From assembly GCA_963662035.1 (NCBI GenBank), contig CAVLDO010000004.1, forward strand, positions 10,902 to 74,901: a stretch of 64,000 nt of DNA. Direction: 5' to 3'. Under the pieces are notes generated by a model. The model saw nothing but the letters and a program-made list of their open reading frames with translations. It was not told the origin of the DNA and made no database searches. This document shows positions 10,026 through 17,818 of the stretch, piece after piece (position 1 is the stretch's first letter; every line of letters starts with the position of its first letter). This DNA is from Bacteroidaceae bacterium. Its GTDB lineage: Bacteria; Bacteroidota; Bacteroidia; Bacteroidales; UBA932. The translations under genes and the position numbers were made by a program.

Positions 10026-10594
10026 AACAACTTATAGAAAACAGTCTCAGGGAGCATCTGGATGTTGCCGCCCGTTTTGTGAACTCACCTGTAACGGCAG
10101 AAAGCATTGCGAGGGCGGCGCAGATGATTGCCGACTCGTTTGCGGCGGGGGGCAAGCTGCTCACCTGCGGCAACGGAGGGTCGCTGTGCGATGCGACCCA
10201 CTTTGCGGAGGAATTCACCGGCCGCTACCGCGACAGCCGCCGCCCGATGCCCGCCATCGCCATCAACGATGCGGCCCACATCACCTGCGTTACGAATGAC
10301 TACCATTTCGAGGACATCTACTCCCGCAGCGTGGAGGCGCTCGGCGGCAAAGATGATGTTCTGGCCTGCTTTTCTACCAGCGGCACGTCAGCCGACGTGC
10401 TGGCGGCGGCCCGTGTGGCCCGCGCCAAGGGGATGAAGGTGATAGGCTTCGCCCGCGCGGGAAGCAATCCCCTGAGTGAATTGAGCGATGTCGTGATAGC
10501 GGTGGACCACGACAGATATAGCGACCGCATACAGGAGATGCACATATTGGCCGTGCACATAATTATAGAAGGAGTCGAAAAACTCCTCGGATAA
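10022..10594 (+). CDS. gmhA: D-sedoheptulose-7-phosphate isomerase (phosphoheptose isomerase)
   Basis: Track ORF 9815..10594 trimmed to ATG 10022 (MKQLIENSL...). Long runs match my recollection of E. coli GmhA: GGK.L.CGNGGS.CDA.HFAEE.TGRYR, PAIAI.D, STSG.SA.V, KGMKVI, DRIQE.HI. ATGA overlap with the GH2 stop (10022-10025). Confidence 0.9.
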   Translation: MKQLIENSLREHLDVAARFVNSPVTAESIARAAQMIADSFAAGGKLLTCGNGGSLCDATHFAEEFTGRYRDSRRPMPAIAINDAAHITCVTNDYHFEDIYSRSVEALGGKDDVLACFSTSGTSADVLAAARVARAKGMKVIGFARAGSNPLSELSDVVIAVDHDRYSDRIQEMHILAVHIIIEGVEKLLG

Positions 10595-10710
10595 CAGGAT
10601 ACCCTGATTCCGGTTCTTTTGTTAAAAAATAGGCTTTCGGGGCCGCTGAATTTGGTTGTTTTTTTTAAAAAACATAATTTAGCGGTCTTGGGAATCTATT
10701 TTTTACATAA

Positions 10711-12816
10711 ATGAAACGTTTTTTTCTCCCCATTCTCTCTCTGTGCGCGGTGTGTGCTGTTTCGTGTACAGACTACAAAGGCCAGATAGAAGAGACTCAA
10801 GCGGAAATCAGGCAGCTTGAGATCGACAAGACCAACATGGAGATTTGTTCAAAGGGGGCCGGCTCCCTGCGCAACTTCCTGCTGGTGGCGCAGACCGGCG
10901 ACCCGGTTGTCTCCTTTGATTTTACAGGAGAAGATTATCTTGTAACATTCAAAAACAACGGCTCGCTCACTTTAGAGTACTCGGCAGGCGGCATCTCCGC
11001 TATATTGCGCGACGGCAATTATTATTGGGCGCAGGACGGCTCAATTCTCCCCGGCGAGGCGCAGATAAGCGTGACTCCCGAATTTAGGCACAGCGAAGCC
11101 GGCAAAATAGAAATAAGCGTGGACGGCGGAAAAAACTGGACTGTAGTGACCTTAAAAGGGCTTGATATGGTGTCCGAGCTCTATAAGGACAGCGACCGCA
11201 TCATCGTGACATTGCAGGGCGGGACAAAAGTAGAGCTGGAAAAGGAGGCCACGCTTGACATAATGATAAGCGGCGACGGCAGCACAATGGAAACTGACGG
11301 CACCGCCGCTGTCGATTTCTGGATAATGGGCAGGGGCGATGAGTTTAGCGTGACTCCGCAGACCGGCGACGGCTGGAAGAGCCGCGTGGTGTGGGAGAAC
11401 AACACCAAGGGAACCATCTTCTTCACAGCCCCCGCAGCTGGCGCCGACAACACGGTGAGGGTTTATTTCTGCGACGGCTACGGCCACGCCAAGGTTTTTG
11501 ACATAGAGTTTGCCAGCCTCACCGTCGACGAGGATTTCCCCGTGATGTATCCTGCCTGGGACGCCTATAATGTGGGCTGCGGCGGGGGTGAGGTGTCGGT
11601 ATCCCTCTTCACCAATATGGCATACGAAGTTGAGATAGAGCAGGGGGCGACTTGGCTGACAACGGCCGCCACCAAAGCGGTGCGCGAGGACATCCTCAAG
11701 TTTACGGCAGACGCCAACGAAAGCGCCCAAATGCGCAGCGCTCGCGTCATCGTAAGCGCATACAACTATGTGCAGCAGTTCGTTATCTGTCAGGACGGCA
11801 GAAAGGCGGCTTGCGGAGCGGATCTGAGCGCCGGCGGCACCGCAAACTGCTATATTGTGAGCGAGGCGGGTGACTACTCGTTCGATGCCACGGTGATGGG
11901 CAACGGCCAGGCCGGTCTTGTTGACGGCAATGATTTCGATATTGATGAAACGACGATCAACCCCAGCGCAGTCGCGGTATGGCTCAACGAGAATGATGTG
12001 ATAAGCGATGTCAGCTACGATGCGGCCACCGGGCGCATCTGTTTCCACGCCTCCGGCGCAAAAGGCAATGCGGCCATCAGCGTGACCAACGGCCGCTATT
12101 CTCTCTGGAGCTGGCACATCTGGTGCACCGACATTCCTCAGGACAGAACCCACACTAATCCCGACGGCCTGCAGTTCACCCTGCTGGACCGCAACCTGGG
12201 CGCCACCGGCGCGGCGGCATCCGACCTCGAGGCGACCTACGGTCTCTACTATCAGTGGGGCCGCAAGGATCCCTACACAATGAGTATGTCCACTTCAGGG
12301 ATGTCCACCAACACCAGCCACAATTTCGCATTCGGCGTACGCTACCCGATGCGTCCGTACAAATACGACGGCAACTATGGAGAGAGCTGGTATGGCACCT
12401 CCCCCAACAGCAATTATCTCTGGGGCAATGCCGACTACGGCAAGAGCAAGGATCTTGCGGATCTTCACAAGAGCATCTATGACCCCTGCCCCTGCGGCTA
12501 TATGGTGGCTCCTTCCAATGCTCTGCTTATTTTCGAAGACAGCAGCCGCACCGAATTCCTCGACGGCGGCGTGCTGATCAGAGGCGACTACGGCCAGGAG
12601 AACTTCTTTCCCTATGCCGGCAGAAACTATCAGGGGGCAAGATCGTCCGACGAGCTTGACCTCTGGCACAGCACCCCCTGCCGTTGGAACGTGTACGAAG
12701 ATGGGGGCGGCTGCCTCACCAGAATATACAAAGATGAGCAGACCGTCTATTTTTATCAGGGCGATATGCGCGCCCGCGCAGTCCCCGTGCGTTGCGTAAA
12801 ACAAGTTAGCGAATAG
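10711..12816 (+). CDS. Multidomain surface lipoprotein: N-terminal coiled coil + YYW/DGG.NW module + Ig-like module + BACON-like domain + ANCYIV domain + C-terminal FISUMP domain
   Basis: Lipobox AVS-C-TDYKGQIEE. N-terminal third aligns by eye with ORF 14676. BACON-like segment GGGEVSVSLFTNMAYEVEIEQGATWLTT...RSARVIVS. C-terminal half aligns with the whole of ORF 17819 (DLSAGGTANCYIVSEAGDYSFDATVMGNGQ, YGLYYQWGRKDPY, IYDPCPCGYMVAP, PVRCVKQ). Confidence 0.75.
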   Translation: MKRFFLPILSLCAVCAVSCTDYKGQIEETQAEIRQLEIDKTNMEICSKGAGSLRNFLLVAQTGDPVVSFDFTGEDYLVTFKNNGSLTLEYSAGGISAILRDGNYYWAQDGSILPGEAQISVTPEFRHSEAGKIEISVDGGKNWTVVTLKGLDMVSELYKDSDRIIVTLQGGTKVELEKEATLDIMISGDGSTMETDGTAAVDFWIMGRGDEFSVTPQTGDGWKSRVVWENNTKGTIFFTAPAAGADNTVRVYFCDGYGHAKVFDIEFASLTVDEDFPVMYPAWDAYNVGCGGGEVSVSLFTNMAYEVEIEQGATWLTTAATKAVREDILKFTADANESAQMRSARVIVSAYNYVQQFVICQDGRKAACGADLSAGGTANCYIVSEAGDYSFDATVMGNGQAGLVDGNDFDIDETTINPSAVAVWLNENDVISDVSYDAATGRICFHASGAKGNAAISVTNGRYSLWSWHIWCTDIPQDRTHTNPDGLQFTLLDRNLGATGAAASDLEATYGLYYQWGRKDPYTMSMSTSGMSTNTSHNFAFGVRYPMRPYKYDGNYGESWYGTSPNSNYLWGNADYGKSKDLADLHKSIYDPCPCGYMVAPSNALLIFEDSSRTEFLDGGVLIRGDYGQENFFPYAGRNYQGARSSDELDLWHSTPCRWNVYEDGGGCLTRIYKDEQTVYFYQGDMRARAVPVRCVKQVSE

Positions 12817-12819
12817 GAG

Positions 12820-14475
12820 ATGTTTTTGATGAAGAGATTTTCTGCATTTCTGCTTGCGGCGGCTGCAGTTCTGTCCGCCTGCAACGAATCTGACCGCTTA
12901 GAGTTGGAGCGCCTCAAAAATGAGCGGGACGACATTCAGCAAGCTATCGATGATATCACGGTGCCCGATGCTGTAGATCCCGATGCGGTGGACGAATCGT
13001 CGCTCAAGATAATATTCGACGCCCCCCGCTATGGCGTGGATGCCGGCGGCAGCGCCACTGTCACCTTCACCGTGAGCGAGAAGGCCTCCGTTGAGGTCGC
13101 CGTGAAGGATGGCTGGAGCGCATCCGTAAAGATGACCGGCGACACTGAGGGCGAAATCACCGTCACCGCCCCCGACCCTGCCGGGACAGTCGCTCTGGTG
13201 GCGACCGCTACCTCGCAGAGCGGCAAGCTGGCGGCCGAAGAACTGCCCCTTGTGGTGCGCGACCCCTATAGCGCCGCAACCCGGCCCCAGCTGAAGTCGA
13301 TGGGCTACTACAGTTTCAAGTCGGGCGAGGCTACTCTGGAGGATTATCAGAAACTGGCCGATGCCGGCATCAATATAATCACCGTGGAGTGCCGCGGAGG
13401 CGACTATCTCACCCAGATGACCCTTGCAGGGGAGGCGGGGCTCAAGGTGATGGCCTTAGTGATTGACTATGCGTATGCATATGCCAGGGACCAGAGCAAC
13501 ACCGGTCTCGACAATGTCGTGAACACCATCAAGCTCCGCCCGGAGCTCTACGGCTACCATATCTATGACGAGCCCAAGATGGACCTGGCCCCGGTTCTCA
13601 AGATTGCGAAGGACAGGGTACAAGAGCTCGACCCCTACCATCCGGTCTATCTCAACCTCAATCCCGAGATCTCGGCAAGCGGTCTGGGCATCGAATCATA
13701 TTACGACTATGTCAACAACTTCCAGAATATCCTCAACTTGGAACTTATCTCGTTCGATATGTATCCGGTTGTGGCTGACCCCAACTATTCCTACCTTGAC
13801 GAAGGGATTATGGTCAACTGGCACAAATGCCTCAACGTGGTTTCTACGGTGGCTGAAAAATACGGCGTCCCCTTCTGGACATTCGTTGCAAGCTGCTGGA
13901 TAAACAAGGAGGAGAATGTGCCGGTGCGCGCCAAACCGACCGTAGAGAACATGCGCCTGCAGGTAAACACCAACCTTGCCTACGGCGCGCAGGCGGTGCA
14001 GTACTTTACCATCAGAAGCTACGGCGGCACCGATTATGCCCCCTTCGCCGTGTATTACGACAGCGCAGCGCAAAAGTGGCTCGGCAACTGGACTACGGCG
14101 TACGACGACCTCAAGACGGTAAACCTGGAGATGCAGCGCCGCGCCTTCGTGTTCGACGGGGGCACAATAGAGCACCGCGGCTCCACCGGGCTTTTGCGTA
14201 TGACCGATGTCGCTTTTGACAAGAGCATTCTGCCCGATGAGGTGGCTGACCTTGCAACGAGCGGCGATGCCATCGTGTCTATGATAGAGAACGGCGGCAA
14301 CCGCTACATCGCCATTGTGAACAACAGCTGGCAAACCAAGCAGACAGTCACCGCAGTGGCCGCCAGCGTGATCTGGTCCATCGGCCGCGACGGCTCCTTT
14401 ACGGAGTACCAACCGGGCGAGAAGATAACCCTGACGCTCGACGAGGGCGACCTTATCGTGCTCAAATACAGGTAG
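12820..14475 (+). CDS. Lipoprotein: short coiled coil + Ig-like module + GH42-like TIM-barrel domain with Asp-Glu in place of the clan GH-A Asn-Glu
   Basis: Lipobox LSA-C-NESD. Motifs YHIYDEPK (D250-E251, nt 13567-13572), LISFDMYPV, PFWTFVASC, ENMRLQVNTNLAYGAQAVQYFTIRS resemble GH42 motifs W..DNEYG, SWD.YP, PFW.MEQQ, MRL...AHGAD.V.YF.WR (from memory). Paralog of 16325..17815. Confidence 0.55.
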   Translation: MFLMKRFSAFLLAAAAVLSACNESDRLELERLKNERDDIQQAIDDITVPDAVDPDAVDESSLKIIFDAPRYGVDAGGSATVTFTVSEKASVEVAVKDGWSASVKMTGDTEGEITVTAPDPAGTVALVATATSQSGKLAAEELPLVVRDPYSAATRPQLKSMGYYSFKSGEATLEDYQKLADAGINIITVECRGGDYLTQMTLAGEAGLKVMALVIDYAYAYARDQSNTGLDNVVNTIKLRPELYGYHIYDEPKMDLAPVLKIAKDRVQELDPYHPVYLNLNPEISASGLGIESYYDYVNNFQNILNLELISFDMYPVVADPNYSYLDEGIMVNWHKCLNVVSTVAEKYGVPFWTFVASCWINKEENVPVRAKPTVENMRLQVNTNLAYGAQAVQYFTIRSYGGTDYAPFAVYYDSAAQKWLGNWTTAYDDLKTVNLEMQRRAFVFDGGTIEHRGSTGLLRMTDVAFDKSILPDEVADLATSGDAIVSMIENGGNRYIAIVNNSWQTKQTVTAVAASVIWSIGRDGSFTEYQPGEKITLTLDEGDLIVLKYR

Positions 14476-14675
14476 GAGCATGCGATACCGGATACGGAAC
14501 CGCTTAACGGGAGGCAGCGATGACTCCGGCCGGCCGCGCCGCTCTTTGCCCCTATCAGCCAAGCCTCGAACCCTCTAAGAGAGAGAAAGGCTCCCGGCAA
14601 TCAGAAGGCACTTGATTGAACTGCTCCAAGGCGTTGGCTCTTTCGCAAGGCAGGTTAGTAAACAATAATGAGACA

Positions 14676-15545
14676 ATGATACGTAAAATTAAATTTATAG
14701 TGGCCGCAATGGCCGTGGCGGGGGCGATGTGCGCCTGCCAGAATTATGACACAGAAATCGATGAGCTGCAGAAGCGCATCGATGAATTGGCCACCGACAA
14801 CTCCAAGGTCAACGACAATGTCGCGGCCCTGTCCAAGATTGTGGAGGCGCTGCAGGAATCCCGGCAGGCCACCTCTTTCTCCAAAGTAGTGGAAGGAGGC
14901 AAGGTAGTGGGCTACACCGTGACCTTCAATGGCTCTGACGGAAGCAGCGATGCCGTGACCGTTTACAACTCCACCGTGAACGTAAGTGTGGCCGAAGACG
15001 GCGGCAAATATTACTGGACAGTCTCGGGCGAGTATCTTACAGACGCCGACGGCAACCGCGTCGAGGCCTGCAAAGAGGCCGTAGTGCCCCGCTTCCGCCT
15101 CAAAGAGGGCACAATCGAGGCCTCCACCGACGGCGGCGCCTCCTGGACTGCAGTGGGCTATGTCGGCACACCGGTGCTGGACTCGGTGGTGGACGGCGAC
15201 ACGCAGGTAGAATTCCACCTTGCGGGAGGCACAGTGATCACTATCCCCAAGATGGTCGCGCTAAGTCTTAAGCTGAGCTCCACTTCCCAGAAGATGGCGG
15301 CGGGCGGCGGCCGCACCGTAGGCTACACCATCACGGGCGGCAACGGGCAGACATCCGTAATGACCTGGGCCAAGGACGGCTGGACTGCCAATGTAATAGC
15401 CAAGGATTCGGCAAGCGGTGAGATTGAAATTCTGGCTCCCGAAGTTGCCGGCACCTCGCAGATAATAGTGATAGTCTCCGACAACAGCACCGCCACCGGC
15501 GGCCGCAGTGTATTCGCATCCATAGACGTAACATCAACCAAATAG
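14676..15545 (+). CDS. Coiled-coil surface lipoprotein with YYW/DGG.SW module and C-terminal Ig-like module
   Basis: Track ORF starts at TTG 14616. ATG 14676 gives MIRKIKFIVAAMAVAGAM-C-ACQNYDTEIDE (signal peptide plus lipobox). Heptad-like DELQKRIDELATDNSKVNDNVAALSKIVEALQE. GKYYWTVSGEYLTDADGNRV and IEASTDGGASWTAVG parallel ORF 10711. Confidence 0.65.
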   Translation: MIRKIKFIVAAMAVAGAMCACQNYDTEIDELQKRIDELATDNSKVNDNVAALSKIVEALQESRQATSFSKVVEGGKVVGYTVTFNGSDGSSDAVTVYNSTVNVSVAEDGGKYYWTVSGEYLTDADGNRVEACKEAVVPRFRLKEGTIEASTDGGASWTAVGYVGTPVLDSVVDGDTQVEFHLAGGTVITIPKMVALSLKLSSTSQKMAAGGGRTVGYTITGGNGQTSVMTWAKDGWTANVIAKDSASGEIEILAPEVAGTSQIIVIVSDNSTATGGRSVFASIDVTSTK

Positions 15546-15547
15546 CC

Positions 15548-16312
15548 TTGAAAACCTTTTTACTTACGGCTTTTTCACTTATGGTGACGCTGGCCTCCTG
15601 CGCCCCGCGGCAGAAGGTGGCCACCTACAGTGTCAAGGTGGAGCAGGAGTATCCCCACGACACCCTCTCTTACACGCAGGGACTCTTTTTCGACGGCGGA
15701 CGTCTTTTTGAGACCGTAGGCCAGTACGGAGAGTCGCGGCTTTTGGAGGTGGATCCGGAAAGCGGACAGGCCAGGCGGCAGTGCGCCCTGGACAGCACGG
15801 TGTTTGCCGAGGGCAGTTGCACCATAGGCGACGATATGTATGTGCTGACCTGGCTGGAGGGCATCTGCCTGGTTTATGACAAGAACACATTCGAGCTGAA
15901 AAGGGAGTATGCCAACCGCCGCCAGGGGTGGGGCCTTACTACCGACGGCAAGCTGCTGGTGATGAGCGACGGCAGCGCACAGCTCTATTTCGTGAGCCCC
16001 AAGACCTTTACCATAGTGCGCAGCGTTACCGTGCGCCGGGGCGGCAAGAGCGTGAACTATCTCAACGAACTGGAGTACATCGACGGCAAAATCTGGGCGA
16101 ACGTCTATCAGAAAGACGAGATACTCATAATAGACCCTGCAAGCGGCGATGTGGAGGGGGTCGTGGACTGCCGCGGCCTGCTGCCAAAGGAGAGGCGAAC
16201 CGGCCGCACCGATGTGCTCAACGGCATAGCCTATAACGGAGAGACGGGCGGAATCTATATCACAGGCAAATACTGGCCCGTGATGCTGCGCATCTCGCTG
16301 GAGAAGAAATAG
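15548..16312 (+). CDS. Glutaminyl-peptide cyclotransferase, plant/bacterial beta-propeller type (type I QC), lipoprotein
   Basis: TTG start, lipobox TLAS-C-APRQ. Motifs YTQGLFFDGGRLFETVGQYGESRLLEVD, FAEG, LTW, GWGLTTDG, SDGS, LNELEYIDGKIWANV, VLNGIAY, ITGKYWP are typical of the Glu_cyclase_2 family. Confidence 0.85.
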   Translation: MKTFLLTAFSLMVTLASCAPRQKVATYSVKVEQEYPHDTLSYTQGLFFDGGRLFETVGQYGESRLLEVDPESGQARRQCALDSTVFAEGSCTIGDDMYVLTWLEGICLVYDKNTFELKREYANRRQGWGLTTDGKLLVMSDGSAQLYFVSPKTFTIVRSVTVRRGGKSVNYLNELEYIDGKIWANVYQKDEILIIDPASGDVEGVVDCRGLLPKERRTGRTDVLNGIAYNGETGGIYITGKYWPVMLRISLEKK

Positions 16313-16324
16313 CAAGTATAAGTT

Positions 16325-17815
16325 ATGATCAAGATATTTTTAACGACTGCCGCCGCCCTTGCGATTGTGGGGACTGCGGCATTTGCCAAAGGAACAGTAT
16401 CCTTTGACAAGACGCGCTATGGCGTGAGTGCCGGCGGCAGCGTCACCATCGCCTACACCCTCCCTTCGGAGGGTAAATTGAGCGTGGCCGCCCCCGACGG
16501 CTGGAAAGTGGAAGTTGACCCGGCAGGCGGCCGCCGCGGCACCATCACGGTGACGGCGCCCGACCCCGCCACGGCGCCCGACCTTACGGCAACGGTGACC
16601 TATCCCGGCGGAGAGAGGCAGGTGACAAGGCTCAATCTGATGGTGGCCGACCCCTACACATCGGCAACACGTCCCACGGTGAAAACAGTCCCCTTCGGAG
16701 GGCTCAGGGACAATGCAACCACTCTCGAAGATTATCAGAAGGTGGCTGACGCCGGCTTCGATATGATCACGATAGAGGGGGGCGATGTTATGGATATGGA
16801 CGGCGACGGCCGCCTGAGCGATGACGATCTATACGAGACGGTCAAATACAAGGTGGGCCTGGCAAAGCAGGTCGGCCTGAAATACAATCTCCACCATCCC
16901 CGGCTGCAGAGCACGCTGGATATGCTCAAGGGAGACACGAGCCTGGTGTCGGTGCACGTGTTTGACGAGCCGGGCCTCTGGCTGATTCCGGAGCTTAAGC
17001 GGCGCAAGGCGTTCGTCAAGAACACCCTGCCCGATGTCCCTGTGCACATAAACCTCCATCCCGAGTCGAGCGAGAGGGCGCTGGGCACCGACTACTATGC
17101 CGACTATGTGGAGCAGATGGTGGACAGCCTGCAGATGGAGATACTCTCATACGACCAGTATCCGGTGCTGGAGAACGCCCCCGTGATGAACGACTGGTAC
17201 AAGGGGCTTGAGATAAACTCCCGCATCGCGCGCGAGCACAACATCCCCCTGTGGACTTTTCTGGCATCCTGCCACATAGACCGGGAGAGCCTCAACCGGC
17301 AGAAGCCCTCTATGGCCAACCTGCGCCTGCAGGGCTACACCGATTTTGCATACGGCACCGAGGTGCTGCAGTATTTTGTCTATAGCGCCTACGGCGGAAC
17401 CAGCTGGGCCCCCATTATGCGCGACGGCACCTATACGACCGCATACGACCTGCTGGTGGAGTTCAACAACGAGCTGCACAAGCGCGGCTTCGTGTTTGCC
17501 GGCGGCAAGGTCACCAAGACCCGCTTTGCGCACTTGGCGCCCTGGGGCTGCCATCCCCTCCTTGCAAGCGATCTGCCCGCGCAGATTTCCTCTTTAGACA
17601 GCGACATTCCGGCTCTGGTCTCCTTTGTGGAGAACGGCTCCAACCGCTACATCGTGGTGGTGAACAGCTCCTGCGAGAAAAAGTGCAACATCAAGGTGGG
17701 TTTCTGCGATCTGGCCTACACCATAGACCGCACCGGGACATTTGAGCCGCAGCAGAGCGGCGCCCGTGATTTTGTGCTGGACGAAGGCGATATGTTGGTT
17801 ATCAAATACGAATAA
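16325..17815 (+). CDS. Secreted Ig-like module + GH42-like TIM-barrel protein (Asp-Glu variant), paralog of 12820..14475
   Basis: SPI-type signal (no Cys). TITVTAPDP Ig-like module. VHVFDEPGLW (D214-E215, nt 16964-16969), ILSYDQYPV, PLWTFLASC, ANLRLQGYTDFAYGTEVLQYFVYS. Collinear with ORF 12820 to the C-terminus (DEGDMLVIKYE vs DEGDLIVLKYR). Confidence 0.55.
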   Translation: MIKIFLTTAAALAIVGTAAFAKGTVSFDKTRYGVSAGGSVTIAYTLPSEGKLSVAAPDGWKVEVDPAGGRRGTITVTAPDPATAPDLTATVTYPGGERQVTRLNLMVADPYTSATRPTVKTVPFGGLRDNATTLEDYQKVADAGFDMITIEGGDVMDMDGDGRLSDDDLYETVKYKVGLAKQVGLKYNLHHPRLQSTLDMLKGDTSLVSVHVFDEPGLWLIPELKRRKAFVKNTLPDVPVHINLHPESSERALGTDYYADYVEQMVDSLQMEILSYDQYPVLENAPVMNDWYKGLEINSRIAREHNIPLWTFLASCHIDRESLNRQKPSMANLRLQGYTDFAYGTEVLQYFVYSAYGGTSWAPIMRDGTYTTAYDLLVEFNNELHKRGFVFAGGKVTKTRFAHLAPWGCHPLLASDLPAQISSLDSDIPALVSFVENGSNRYIVVVNSSCEKKCNIKVGFCDLAYTIDRTGTFEPQQSGARDFVLDEGDMLVIKYE

Positions 17816-17818
17816 GAG

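Noticed and set aside
10595-10710. An imperfect inverted repeat GGCCGCTGAATT...AATTTAGCGGTC flanking a T8/A6 tract after gmhA, considered as a novel element.
   Set aside because: It is most simply a weak terminator for the hydrolase/gmhA operon, overlapping a near-consensus promoter box (TAATTTAG) for ORF 10711. The pairing is imperfect and nothing more can be supported.
12247-12273. A recurrent DNA string (TA(C/T)TA(C/T)CAGTGGGG(C/A)CGCAA(A/G)GA(T/C)CC) at about 16-42, about 12247-12273 and about 18338-18364, which might be a repeat element.
   Set aside because: It is the coding sequence of the conserved YYQWGRKDP motif in three paralogous domains. Synonymous differences and in-frame position show protein-level conservation, not a dispersed repeat.
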